Of a stretch of DNA of 64,000 nt, positions 45,604-55,591 are shown in pieces (position 1 is the first letter of the stretch; each line of letters opens with the position of its first letter). The translations under genes were made by a program, and so were the position numbers. This DNA is from an uncultured Acetobacteraceae bacterium (GTDB lineage Bacteria > Pseudomonadota > Alphaproteobacteria > Acetobacterales > Acetobacteraceae): positions 8,984 to 72,983 of the forward strand of contig CAXSAZ010000019.1 of the NCBI GenBank assembly GCA_964235485.1. Reading direction: 5' to 3'. The notes under the pieces were generated by a model. That model saw only the letters and a list, made by a program, of their open reading frames with translations, was not told the origin of the DNA and ran no database searches.

Positions 45604-48600
45604 ATGGAGCAAAAGATGACCGAGTCTCCGGCCGACTTCCCCGCCGCCTGGGCCGCCAACGCCGCGCGCCTCGAACACACCTATGACCCGGCCCAGGAAC
45701 ACGACGCCTGCGGGGTCGGCGTCGTCGCCGCCCTCGACGGCCGCGCCCGGCGGGACGTGGTGCAGGCCGGCATCGACGCGCTGCGCGCCGTGTGGCACCG
45801 CGGCGCCGTGGACGCGGACGGCAAGACCGGGGACGGCGCCGGCATCCACATCGAAATCCCGCAAGACTTCTTCGCCGAGGCCGTGCGCCGCTCCGGGCAC
45901 AAGGAGCCGCCGGGGCGCATGGCGGTGGGCATGGTGTTCCTGCCCAAGACCGACCTCAGCGCGCAGGAACGCTGCCGGCAGATCGTGGAAACGGAAATCC
46001 TGGCGCTCGGCTACGGCATCTACGGCTGGCGGCAGGTGCCGATCCACACCGACTGCATCGGCGAAAAAGCCAACGCCACCCGGCCGGAAATCGAGCAGAT
46101 CATGATCCGCGGGCGGCCCGGCCTCGATGCGGAGGGCGATGGCGCCGCGTTCGAGCGCGACCTGTACGTGATCCGGCGCCGGATCGAGAAGCAGGCCATC
46201 GCCTCGCAGATCCCGGAGCTTTACATCTGCAGCCTGTCCTGCCGGAGCATCATCTACAAGGGGATGTTCCTGGCGGAAAGCCTGGCCGACTTCTACCCGG
46301 ACCTCCGCGACCCGCGCTTCATCAGCCGGTTCGCAATCTACCACCAGCGTTACTCCACCAATACCTTCCCGACCTGGCGCCTGGCGCAGCCGTTCCGGAT
46401 GCTGGCGCACAACGGGGAGATCAACACCGTCCACGGCAACGCCAACTGGATGAAGTCGCACGAAACGCGGCTGGCGGCGGGCGCCTTGGAGGGCTTCGTC
46501 GAGGACATCAAGCCGGTGGTGCAGGCGGGCGGGTCGGACACCGCGACCTTGGACAACGTGTTCGAGCTGCTGGTGCGTGCCGGGCGGGACGCGCCGATGG
46601 CCAAGGCGCTGCTGATCCCGGCCAGCGTCGGGCAGGACGCGACCATGCCGGCGGCGCACCGCGACCTGTTCCTGTACTGCAACGCCGTCATGGAGCCGTG
46701 GGACGGCCCGGCGGCGATCACCGCCACCGACGGGCGCTGGGTGATCGCCGGGCTGGACCGCAACGGGCTGCGCCCGCTCCGCTACACGGTCACGGACAGC
46801 AAGCTGCTGGTGGTGGGCAGCGAGACGGGGATGGTGAAGTTCCTGGAAGCGGAGATCGTCGCCAAGGGCCGGGTCGGGCCGGGGCAGACGGTGGGCGTCG
46901 ATCTGGACGCGGCGCGGTTCTACCTCGATGACGAGATGAAGGACCTGCTTGCCGCCCGGCAGCCGTTCGGGGAATGGACGAAGGGGATCACCCGGCTCGA
47001 CGGCATCATCAAGACGGACGCGCCGGAGACGGTGCAGTACGCGCCGGAGGAGCTGCGGCGGCGGCAGCTCGCGGTGGGCACCACGCTGGAAGAATTGGAG
47101 ATGATCCTACACCCCATGGTGGAGGACAGCGCCGAGGCCATCGGCTCCATGGGGGACGACACGCCCATCGCGGTCTTGAGCGAGCGTTACCGCGGCCTGC
47201 ACCATTACTTCCGGCAAGGATTCAGCCAGGTCACCAACCCGCCCATCGACAGCCTGCGGGAAACGCGGGTGATGACGCTTAAGACCCGGCTCGGCAACCT
47301 CGGCAACGTCTTGGACGAGGACAGCAGCCAGTGCGACCTGCTGCAGCTCGAAAGCCCCGTGCTGAGCAACGCCGAGTTCGCGGCGATGACGGCGCGGATG
47401 GGGGAGGGGGCGTGCCGGGTGGACTGCACCTTCCCCGTGGCGGAGGGGGAAGCCGGGCTGCGCGCCGGGCTGGACCGCATCCGGCGGGAAGCGGAGGAAG
47501 GGGTGCGCGCCGGCTGCGCCCATGTGGTGCTGACCGACGAGGCGCAGGGCGAGGATCGCGCGCCGATGCCGATGATCCTGGCCACGGGCGCGGTGCACAC
47601 GCATCTGGTGCGGCAGTCGCTCCGCACCTTCACCAGCCTCAACGTGCGCAGCGCCGAGTGCATCGACACCCATTACTTCGCCGTGTTGATCGGGGTGGGG
47701 GCGACCACGGTGAACGCCTACCTGGCGCAGGAAAGCATCGCCGACCGGCACCGGCGCGGCCTGTTCGGGCCGATGACGCTGAAGGAGGCGGTGCAGCGGT
47801 ATAAGAAGGCGGTCGATAAGGGGCTGCTGAAGATCATGTCCAAGATGGGCATCTCGGTCATCAGTTCTTACCGCGGCGGCTACAACTTCGAGGCCATCGG
47901 GCTGTCCCGCGCTTTGGTGGGCGAGTTCTTCCCCGGGATGCAGTCGCGCATCTCCGGCATCGGGCTGTCGGGCCTCGCCCGGCGCATCCTGGGGCTGCAC
48001 GAGGCCGCCTGGGCGGGCGAGGCGGCGACGCTGCCGGTGGGGGGCGTTTACAAGCTGCGGCGCCGGGGCGAGGTCCATGCGTTCGACGGCGGGCTGATCC
48101 ACACGCTGCAGACGGCGGTGGCGACGGACAGCTTCGAGACGTATCGGCGCTACGCGGACGGGGTGCGGCGGCAGAAGCCGGTGGCGTTGCGCGACCTCTT
48201 GGATTTCCGGTTCGACGCGGTGAAGCCGATCTCCGTCGATGACGTGGAAAGCATCACGGAAATCAGGAAACGCCTGGTGGCGCCGGGCATCTCCTTGGGC
48301 GCGCTCAGCCCGGAGGCGCACGAGACGCTGAGCATCGCGATGAACCGCATCGGCGCCAGGTCCGACAGCGGCGAGGGCGGCGAGGACCCGGAGCGCGCGA
48401 CGCCCCGGCTGAACGGGGACAATGCGTCGTCCGCGATCAAGCAGGTGGGGTCGGGACGGTTCGGGGTCACGGCCGAGTACTTGAACGCCTGCCGCGAGAT
48501 CGAGATCAAGATGGCCCAGGGCGCCAAGCCCGGCGAGGGTGGGCAGTTGCCGGGGTTCAAGGTGTCGCCGCTCATTGCGAAGCTCAGGCACTCGACGCCG

Positions 48601-50157
48601 GGCGTCACGCTGATCAGCCCGCCGCCGCACCACGACATCTACTCCATCGAGGACTTGGCGCAACTCATCTACGACCTCAAGCAGATCAATCCGGATGCCG
48701 GGGTGTGCGTGAAGCTGGTGTCGCGCTCCGGCATCGGCACCATCGCGGCGGGTGTCGCCAAGGCCAAGGCGGACACCATCCTGATCAGCGGCCACAGCGG
48801 CGGCACCGGGGCCAGCCCGCAAACCTCCGTGAAGTATGCGGGCCTGCCGTGGGAAATGGGGCTGTCGGAGGCGCACCAGGTCCTGACCCTGAACCGGCTG
48901 CGCCACCGGGTGCGGCTGCGCACGGACGGGGGGATCAAGACCGGGCGGGACGTGGTGATCGCGGCCATGCTGGGGGCGGAGGAGTTCGGCATCGGCACCA
49001 CGAGCCTGGTTGCCATGGGCTGCATCATGGTGCGGCAATGCCATAGCAACACCTGCCCGGTGGGCGTGTGCACCCAGGACGACACGCTGCGGCAGAAGTT
49101 CGACGGCAGCCCGGAGAAGGTGATCAACCTGTTCTCCTTCATCGCGGAGGACGTGCGCGGCATCCTGGCGTCGTTGGGCGTGCGGCGGCTGACGGACGTG
49201 ATCGGGCGGACGGACCTGCTGCAGCAGGTGAGCCGGGGGTCGGATTTGCTGGACGACCTTGACCTCAACCCGCTGCTGGCCCAGGCGGACCCCGGGCCGC
49301 ACGCACGCTATTGCACGCAGGCCGGGCGGACGGAGGTGCCGGAAACGCTGGACGCGCAGATGATCGGGGACGCCGCCGCGCTGTTCGAACGGGGCGAGAA
49401 GATGCAGCTACAGTACAACATCCGCAACACCCACCGCGCCATCGGCACCAAGCTGTCATCGCGCATCACCAGGCGGTACGGGATGACCGGCCTGCAGCCC
49501 GGCCACGTCACGGTGCGGCTGCGCGGCACGGCCGGGCAATCGCTCGGCGCGTTCGGGGTGCAGGGGCTGAAGCTGGAGGTCCTGGGCGACGCGAACGACT
49601 ATGTGGGCAAGGGCTTGTCCGGGGCGACCATCGTGGTGCGCCCGGCGCCGAGCAGCACACTGGTGAGCCAAGCCAACACCATCATCGGCAACACCGTGCT
49701 GTATGGGGCCACGGCGGGCGAGCTGTTCGCGGCCGGGCAAGCCGGGGAGCGGTTCGCGGTGCGCAACAGCGGGGCGGTCGCGGTGGTGGAGGGCTGCGGC
49801 TCCAATGGTTGCGAGTACATGACGGGGGGCACGGTGGTGGTGCTGGGCGCGGTGGGCGACAACTTCGGCGCCGGGTTCACCGGGGGAGTGGCGTTTGTTT
49901 ATGACGCGGAGGGGATGTTCGAGAAGCGGGTGAACCCGGACACGCTGACCTGGCAGCGTGTGGGGTCGGCGCATTGGGACCGGGTGCTGCGGGGCCTGGT
50001 GGCCCGGCACGCGAAAGAAACGCACAGCCGGTATGCCGCGTCGCTGCTGCTGGATTGGGGGCAGACGCTGGGGCGGTTCTGGCAGGTGGTGCCGAAGGAG
50101 TATGTGAAGTACCTGGAGGCGCCGTTGTCGGATGCGGCGGAGGCGCTGCGGGCGTGA
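45604..50157 (+). CDS. gltB: Glutamate synthase large subunit
   Basis: HDACGVG, HRGAVDAD.KTGDGAG, HQRYSTNT, AQGAKPGEGGQLPG, CIMVRQCHSNTCPVG. Confidence 0.97.
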   Translation: MEQKMTESPADFPAAWAANAARLEHTYDPAQEHDACGVGVVAALDGRARRDVVQAGIDALRAVWHRGAVDADGKTGDGAGIHIEIPQDFFAEAVRRSGHKEPPGRMAVGMVFLPKTDLSAQERCRQIVETEILALGYGIYGWRQVPIHTDCIGEKANATRPEIEQIMIRGRPGLDAEGDGAAFERDLYVIRRRIEKQAIASQIPELYICSLSCRSIIYKGMFLAESLADFYPDLRDPRFISRFAIYHQRYSTNTFPTWRLAQPFRMLAHNGEINTVHGNANWMKSHETRLAAGALEGFVEDIKPVVQAGGSDTATLDNVFELLVRAGRDAPMAKALLIPASVGQDATMPAAHRDLFLYCNAVMEPWDGPAAITATDGRWVIAGLDRNGLRPLRYTVTDSKLLVVGSETGMVKFLEAEIVAKGRVGPGQTVGVDLDAARFYLDDEMKDLLAARQPFGEWTKGITRLDGIIKTDAPETVQYAPEELRRRQLAVGTTLEELEMILHPMVEDSAEAIGSMGDDTPIAVLSERYRGLHHYFRQGFSQVTNPPIDSLRETRVMTLKTRLGNLGNVLDEDSSQCDLLQLESPVLSNAEFAAMTARMGEGACRVDCTFPVAEGEAGLRAGLDRIRREAEEGVRAGCAHVVLTDEAQGEDRAPMPMILATGAVHTHLVRQSLRTFTSLNVRSAECIDTHYFAVLIGVGATTVNAYLAQESIADRHRRGLFGPMTLKEAVQRYKKAVDKGLLKIMSKMGISVISSYRGGYNFEAIGLSRALVGEFFPGMQSRISGIGLSGLARRILGLHEAAWAGEAATLPVGGVYKLRRRGEVHAFDGGLIHTLQTAVATDSFETYRRYADGVRRQKPVALRDLLDFRFDAVKPISVDDVESITEIRKRLVAPGISLGALSPEAHETLSIAMNRIGARSDSGEGGEDPERATPRLNGDNASSAIKQVGSGRFGVTAEYLNACREIEIKMAQGAKPGEGGQLPGFKVSPLIAKLRHSTPGVTLISPPPHHDIYSIEDLAQLIYDLKQINPDAGVCVKLVSRSGIGTIAAGVAKAKADTILISGHSGGTGASPQTSVKYAGLPWEMGLSEAHQVLTLNRLRHRVRLRTDGGIKTGRDVVIAAMLGAEEFGIGTTSLVAMGCIMVRQCHSNTCPVGVCTQDDTLRQKFDGSPEKVINLFSFIAEDVRGILASLGVRRLTDVIGRTDLLQQVSRGSDLLDDLDLNPLLAQADPGPHARYCTQAGRTEVPETLDAQMIGDAAALFERGEKMQLQYNIRNTHRAIGTKLSSRITRRYGMTGLQPGHVTVRLRGTAGQSLGAFGVQGLKLEVLGDANDYVGKGLSGATIVVRPAPSSTLVSQANTIIGNTVLYGATAGELFAAGQAGERFAVRNSGAVAVVEGCGSNGCEYMTGGTVVVLGAVGDNFGAGFTGGVAFVYDAEGMFEKRVNPDTLTWQRVGSAHWDRVLRGLVARHAKETHSRYAASLLLDWGQTLGRFWQVVPKEYVKYLEAPLSDAAEALRA

Positions 50158-50279
50158 GGAGGACGGGCCGTGACGCCGGGGGGTGGCGTGACGGCCTGGC
50201 TGGTCCGCTTTCCCTTGCTGCCGGCGCTGGCCGGGCTTGTCGGTCAGCACCGGCAGCGAGGCCGCGGGCGGGCCGAGCT

Positions 50280-50523
50280 TCAATCTCGGTCGTCAAACAC
50301 AGGAACGGGCGTCCTCGGCGCCAAGGGCGGCAGATGCTTGCGGACCCGCTTGTAGTCGGAAGTGCCGGGAGCGCAGCTCCGCATCGCCGACGCCGGCCCG
50401 CGCTGTTGTCCGAAGGCGCAGGACGACCGTGCCGTCCTGCTCCATCCGGGCCGATCCGATCTGGTTTCTTCTCGGCAAAGCCTGTTCTGCCACGACCAAG
50501 GGAGGGTTCAGGGTTGGGATCAT
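50280..50523 (-). pseudogene. Frameshifted small conserved-type protein
   Basis: IGSARMEQDGTVVLRLR..GVGDAELR continues after a frameshift (~50373) as PGTSDYKRVRKHLPPLAPRTPVPV; the family resemblance is from memory. Confidence 0.5.
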
Positions 50524-50559
50524 TGGCCTGCCTCGCGGCTTTGACGGTGGTGCCCGCAC

Positions 50560-50919
50560 TCAAAGCGAGTGCAGCAACGGCGAGATGGCGAAGCCGTCCA
50601 GGCCGTCGCTTTTCGGTCCCCACTGCTCCACCAAGTCGGCGTGCAAGCCTGGGTCCGCCCGAAGCAGGCGCGCAACCCTGTCCCATAACGTCGAGGAAAC
50701 CGCCTCCCTGTTGGCCAGGTCCTCAAGCGAGCCGAGGATGAGCGCCAGGAGGGCGTGTTTCTCATCCCCGCTCAAGGCGTGTTTCTCAGCGTAGGAAACG
50801 AACTCATCCACCCGGTCCGGGTCCGCCAATTCGATGTCCCAGTCCTGTTCCCGACCGGTCGCGCGCAGGCGCAGCGCTTGGTTCAGAACCGTCATCGCTT
50901 GCTTGGTCAGGTATGTCAT
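50560..50919 (-). CDS. Small hypothetical protein, candidate immunity protein
   Basis: GAGG RBS; starts 9 bp after the stop of the toxin-like gene; QDWDIELADPDRVDEF. Confidence 0.55.
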   Translation of the reverse strand: MTYLTKQAMTVLNQALRLRATGREQDWDIELADPDRVDEFVSYAEKHALSGDEKHALLALILGSLEDLANREAVSSTLWDRVARLLRADPGLHADLVEQWGPKSDGLDGFAISPLLHSL

Positions 50920-50927
50920 CGTGGTCC

Positions 50928-51737
50928 TCAAGGCTCGGGGTATGCCGTCTTGACGCCTTTGCCACCGGGTATAAGGCGGATTGCTCGCGCCGGTGAAAAG
51001 CTGCCATCCGGATTGATGATACGTGCTGGGAACCCTTCTGGCACGGGAAGGGAAACCGGGCCACCTTTCGCTTTGTCCAGATTTTTCTGAATGAAACGCG
51101 CCGCAGCTTGGTTGTCTAAGAACTGCCCATTTGGCGTTCCCATGGCCCTGGCACGGTTCGTCAAAAATGCCGTGGCATCCTGCCCATGCTTGTCGAAGGT
51201 GTGGCCGAAGCGAGATCGGCTTAGTGGGATGGCCTGCTCCGCTTCCCCAACCGTGCCCATTTCTTCATTCCCAGCAGTTTTGCTTTCTGGTTTAGCCGCG
51301 TTCTCAGCCGATGGCCGGCTCTCGGGCACGGCTTGTCTCAGGCCGGTTCCGGCCAGGGCGCGGGCCACGGCGGCTGCTCCCTTGGCGGCGGCAGCGCCGA
51401 CGCCGAGCAGCGTCTCAATCGGATAAACCGGCCGGATCGCGTCACGGGCGGGATCAGGCGGCTGCCGGCTCTTCTCGATGGCGGCCTGCGTAGCCGGGTC
51501 GCGGGCACGTGCCTGGGCGTCGGCGACGAACTGCGGCCAGCGGTCGATTCCAACTGCCTCCATCGCTTCGGCGAGCTTGCCGGACGCTTCCCGGAGGTCG
51601 TCGTGGCTGGTCGCCGTCACGACGCCGAGGGCCGCGCCGTATAGGCTGCGCACCACGGGATCATCGGCACTACGCCCGAACAGCCAAGACCCAAAGGCCG
51701 CCCGGCTGAGCGCGGTGCCGCGCACCCAGGCCGCCAT
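50928..51737 (-). CDS. Hypothetical protein with candidate C-terminal nuclease toxin domain
   Basis: C-terminal ~100 aa with GHTFDKHG...GQF...VKTAYP; C-terminal half visibly more AT-rich. Confidence 0.6.
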   Translation of the reverse strand: MAAWVRGTALSRAAFGSWLFGRSADDPVVRSLYGAALGVVTATSHDDLREASGKLAEAMEAVGIDRWPQFVADAQARARDPATQAAIEKSRQPPDPARDAIRPVYPIETLLGVGAAAAKGAAAVARALAGTGLRQAVPESRPSAENAAKPESKTAGNEEMGTVGEAEQAIPLSRSRFGHTFDKHGQDATAFLTNRARAMGTPNGQFLDNQAAARFIQKNLDKAKGGPVSLPVPEGFPARIINPDGSFSPARAIRLIPGGKGVKTAYPEP

Positions 51738-52271
51738 GGCCTCCCTTAAGCGGGGCAGGGTGCCGCTGTTGTATTGCGCCTCCGCTTGCCCACGCCGGGC
51801 CGCCGGAAGCGACGCCAGCGCGCCATAGGCAAGGCCAAAACACGGTCAGCCGTGCTTTGCCCGGCCACGGACGAGCCGGGCGCGGGCTGTTTTACCTTAT
51901 TGGCCGCTGTCCCGTGCCCGAACCACATGTGAACACTGCCGTCCTTGATCCTCCCAACTCATCAGCGCCACTCCTGCTCTAAGCCCATAGCATTAGAACA
52001 AAAAGTGATCGTTTGCAAAACAAAACTTCATTTGGCGTCGGCCACGGCAGAGGCGTTGCGGGCGTCCGTGACCCAAGCGCCGCTCATCCGCGCGCGTCCG
52101 TTGCGTCCGCCCGTTCGGAGGCATCAAGGACGCCGGCGGCGCGGCGCCGCTTCGTGCTTTGCCGGAAATGACCGGGAACCGGATCGGTGCGCTCGCCGCA
52201 AACGCCGGCCCCACGCGCAACCCGCCTCGCCCGCCCGGCGTTGCCGCCGCGAACGTGCAAGGGAACCCCCC

Positions 52272-52658
52272 ATGACCACCGAACTCGCCTTGCTCGCCTG
52301 GGCGGTCGTGCTCGGCCTCGTGCACGTGGTGGCCACGGGGCATTTCACCACCCGGCAGCACGGCCTGGCCTACAACATGAGCCCGCGCGACGAGCAGAAG
52401 CCGCTCACCGGCGTCGGCGCGCGGGTGCAGCGGGCGTTCGCCAACTACATGCAGACCTTTCCCTTTTTCGCCGCCGCCGTGCTCGCGGCGCACGCCGCCG
52501 GGCGGCACGGGTGGCTCACGGTGGTGGGCGCGCATCTCTACTTCTGGGCGCGGCTGGCCTACGTGCCGCTGTATGCGGCGGGCATCCCCGTCGCGCGCAC
52601 CGTGGCCTTCGGCGCATCCGCGCTGGGCATCGTGATGATCCTGCTCGCGCTGATCTGA
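52272..52658 (+). CDS. MAPEG-family membrane protein
   Basis: RVQRAFANY.QTFPFF, LYFWARLAYVPLYAAG. Confidence 0.85.
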   Translation: MTTELALLAWAVVLGLVHVVATGHFTTRQHGLAYNMSPRDEQKPLTGVGARVQRAFANYMQTFPFFAAAVLAAHAAGRHGWLTVVGAHLYFWARLAYVPLYAAGIPVARTVAFGASALGIVMILLALI

Positions 52659-52703
52659 AGCAGCGGTTGGCGCGCGCCGCCCGGGATGCGATAAGCGGAC
52701 ACC

Positions 52704-53375
52704 ATGCGCGTCCTGCACCACCTGCCGCTGTCGCCCTTTGCCCGCAAGGTCCGCCTGGTGCTGGCCGAGAAGCGGCTGCCGTTCGAGCTGCAGTTGGAAA
52801 AGGTGTGGGAGCGGCGACCCGAGTACCTCGCCCTGAACCCGGCCAACACCGTGCCGACGCTGATCGAGGAGAACGGGCTGGCGATCCCGGACAGCGGGGT
52901 GATCTGCGAGTACCTGGAGGAAGCCTATCCCGACGCCCCCTCCCTGCTCGGCGCCACGCTGGCGGAGCGGGTGGAGGTGCGTCGCCTGTTGGCCTGGTTC
53001 GACGGCAAGATGGCGCGCGAGGTGACGGCGAACCTGCTGGGCGAGAAGTTCATGAAGCGGCTGATGGGCCGGGGCAACCCGGACGGCGCGCTGCTGCGGA
53101 CGGGCTACGCCGCGCTCCGGGACCACATGGGCTACATCGGCTGGCTGGCGGAGCAGCGGACGTGGCTGGCGGGGGCCACGCTGTCGCTTGCGGACTTCGC
53201 GGCGGCGGCGCATCTGTCGGCGTTGGACTTCGCGAGCGACGTGGACTGGTCGGTGTCGCCTGCGACGCGGGACTGGTACGCGCGGATGAAGTCGCGTCCG
53301 AGCTTCCGGGCGCTGCTCGCGGACCGGGTGCCGGGGGTGATGCCGCCGGGGCATTACGCGGATTTGGATTTCTGA
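52704..53375 (+). CDS. fzlA: GST-family FtsZ-binding protein FzlA
   Basis: LSPFARKVRLVLAEK, VWERR.EYL.LNPA, DWYARMKSRPSFR.LL.D, terminal YADLDF. Confidence 0.78.
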   Translation: MRVLHHLPLSPFARKVRLVLAEKRLPFELQLEKVWERRPEYLALNPANTVPTLIEENGLAIPDSGVICEYLEEAYPDAPSLLGATLAERVEVRRLLAWFDGKMAREVTANLLGEKFMKRLMGRGNPDGALLRTGYAALRDHMGYIGWLAEQRTWLAGATLSLADFAAAAHLSALDFASDVDWSVSPATRDWYARMKSRPSFRALLADRVPGVMPPGHYADLDF

Positions 53376-53478
53376 GCGGCGCCAGGCTTCCTGGCGGTGG
53401 CGCGGGCACGGCGTCTCGCTATCCTGAAGGCGGCCAGATCAGGCCCCGGTTCCGTTCTTGCTGCACTGGAACACCACG

Positions 53479-53910
53479 ATGCCCACCGGCTACGACCAAG
53501 ACGTGATGGCGTGGGCCGTTGAGCAGGCCCGCCTGCTCCGCCAAGGCCAGTTCGACCAGCTCGACATCGAACACATCGCGGACGAGATCGAGGACGTGGG
53601 CAAGAGCGAGAAGCGCGAGTTGGCGAGCCGCATGGCCGTGTTGCTGGCCCACCTCCTGAAGTGGCAGCACCAACCTGAGCGTCGGGGCGGAAGCTGGGAG
53701 CGCACGGTGCGCGAACAGCGCAAGCAGGTGCTGCGCAAGCTCAAGGAAACGCCGAGCCTCCGTCCTTTGCTGAGCGACCCGGATTGGGTCGAGGGCGCAT
53801 GGGGCGACGCGGTGATGCTGGCGGTCAGCGAGACGGGCTTTGATGCTTTCCCGGAAGCCTGCCCCTGGCCCCTCGCGGATGTGCTCGCGGACGGGTGGCT
53901 GCCCGCTTAA
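53479..53910 (+). CDS. DUF29-family protein (second copy)
   Basis: YDQDVMAWAVEQA.LLR, LDIEHIADEIEDVGKSE, LLAHLLKWQHQP, ETPSL. Confidence 0.9.
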   Translation: MPTGYDQDVMAWAVEQARLLRQGQFDQLDIEHIADEIEDVGKSEKRELASRMAVLLAHLLKWQHQPERRGGSWERTVREQRKQVLRKLKETPSLRPLLSDPDWVEGAWGDAVMLAVSETGFDAFPEACPWPLADVLADGWLPA

Positions 53911-54131
53911 GCAGCTTCAAGTCGCTGACGGCCGGCGACGCCCGGCAGCAACCCCGGTGTGCAACGAGCGTGGCCTCCACGGCCCCGAACCGCGCCGTTA
54001 TGGGGCAGAGAAACTGCATTTCAGCGCTCGGCAGAAACCCGAAAAACCAAGCTGAATAAACACGACAAGTCATAACTGCGTATTGGTAACGAAAATGTGA
54101 TAATAATTATGTCTTCAGCAACAGGTGGCAT

Positions 54132-54662
54132 ATGCTTAAAACAATTTGCGTTTTCCCGCTCGCAATGCTTTCCGCATGTGCGACGCTTGTGAACGGAAGC
54201 AGTCAAAACGTGACGGTGTCCACCAACCCGCCCGGGGCAAGCTGCACACTGGACCGGATCGGCGCGCGGGTCGGCGCGATCCCCGCGACGCCGGGCAGCG
54301 TGCGCCTGGACAAGAGCAAAAACGACTTATCCGTGACCTGCGCCAAGGACGGCTACCAAACCGCGACGGTTTCGCGCGCCCCAAGCTTCGGCGGCGCGAC
54401 ATTTGGCAATATTATCGCGGGCGGCGTGATCGGCGTTGTCGTGGACGCTGCTTCGGGCGCCAACTACAGCTACCCCGACGACATCCGCGTCGACTTGGCG
54501 GCCAGCCCGGCCCCGGCTACGCCGCCTATGGCATTGCAAGCCCCGTCGAACGGTCCCGACGCGCCGATCCGCCTCATGCCGGTGGCGGCGCAGCCGGAAA
54601 CTCCGTCCACGCGGATCAAACCGACGAGAATCTCGGCCACCGCCGGCCAGTACCGGCAGTAG
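54132..54662 (+). CDS. Putative lipoprotein
   Basis: Lipobox LSAC; VSTNPPGASC, CAKDGY, FGNIIAGGVIG..VDAASGA.Y.YP. Confidence 0.75.
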   Translation: MLKTICVFPLAMLSACATLVNGSSQNVTVSTNPPGASCTLDRIGARVGAIPATPGSVRLDKSKNDLSVTCAKDGYQTATVSRAPSFGGATFGNIIAGGVIGVVVDAASGANYSYPDDIRVDLAASPAPATPPMALQAPSNGPDAPIRLMPVAAQPETPSTRIKPTRISATAGQYRQ

Positions 54663-54701
54663 CCGCAAGCGGCGTGGGACACCGCAACCCCGCGCCGCCC
54701 C

Positions 54702-55466
54702 TCACCCCACCAGCCACCGCAGCGACCGCCGGAGCGCCGCCGCCCCATCCCGCTCGAACCACCTGCCGTGCGCAAAGATCACCCGCTCCGGCCCCAGCGC
54801 CAGCAGCGTTTCCGCCGCCGCCGCCGCTGCCCGGCGCCGCAGCTTGTACACCCCCCGCAAATAGGCCGGCGGCATCCCGTCCGGCGCCAGGATGCCGAGC
54901 AGCCGGGCCACCGGGCGCACCGCCGCCGGCAGCATGGGCGCTTCCAGGTTCACCACCAGATCGGTCAGCACCAGCGTGCGCGACGCCCGGTGGAACAGCG
55001 CCACCTCCTGGAACCCGAAGCCGCCCGGCACCGTGGCGAGGGTGATCGCGTCGCCCCATTCGGACGGCGCGCGGTCGCCGAGGTCGTGGTCCAAATGCAC
55101 GCCGCTCTTGCGCACCGGCCCCCGCTTGCGCAGGCCCGGCGCGGCCCAGGTCGTGGCGCCCGGGCAAGCCGCCTGCCAATCCGGAAGGCTGATCCAATGC
55201 GCCGGGTTGGGCGCCATGAGGTGGCGGACCGGGCCGAGCTGCTCCAGGTCCTGCAGCAGCGCCGGGCCATAGCGCGTGGGCGAATGCAGCAGCAGCCCGT
55301 CCGCCACCCGGATCACCGTCATGCGCGCCGGCAGCACCCGGCCAATCGCGCCGGGCAGCAGGCTGTCCACGATCCACACGTCGTCCGCCACCGGCTTCAC
55401 CGTGTCGAGCGGCGGGTAGCCGAAGGTGGCGGCTTGGGGCGCGGAAGGGGGTGGGGTGGGGGCCAT
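54702..55466 (-). CDS. DUF4336-family (MBL-like) protein
   Basis: RMTVIR..DGLLLHSP, LGPVRHLMAPN.AHW, EVALFHRASRTLVLTDL, AHGRWF. Confidence 0.85.
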   Translation of the reverse strand: MAPTPPPSAPQAATFGYPPLDTVKPVADDVWIVDSLLPGAIGRVLPARMTVIRVADGLLLHSPTRYGPALLQDLEQLGPVRHLMAPNPAHWISLPDWQAACPGATTWAAPGLRKRGPVRKSGVHLDHDLGDRAPSEWGDAITLATVPGGFGFQEVALFHRASRTLVLTDLVVNLEAPMLPAAVRPVARLLGILAPDGMPPAYLRGVYKLRRRAAAAAAETLLALGPERVIFAHGRWFERDGAAALRRSLRWLVG

Positions 55467-55591
55467 CGGCGATGCTCCTGTGTCCCGCCCCCAACGGCGC
55501 GGGCACGGGTTGGATGCAGCCGCCCGCCGGACGATGCGTAAGCGCAAAGGATCGCTTGCTTTCCCGCCGTCACAATTCGAACACCTTGGGG

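Noticed and set aside
50167-50197. Rho-independent terminator after gltB
   Set aside because: An imperfect hairpin is present but has no U tract; too weak to call.
52191-52206. Possible further copy of the short element (GCTCGCCGCAAACGCC)
   Set aside because: Only ~12 bp match, with neither terminus nor the second core block; compatible with chance.
51840-52270. Possible structured RNA upstream of the MAPEG gene
   Set aside because: GGCGTCC/GGACGCC pairing exists, but such stems are common in GC-rich DNA and no recognisable motif was found.
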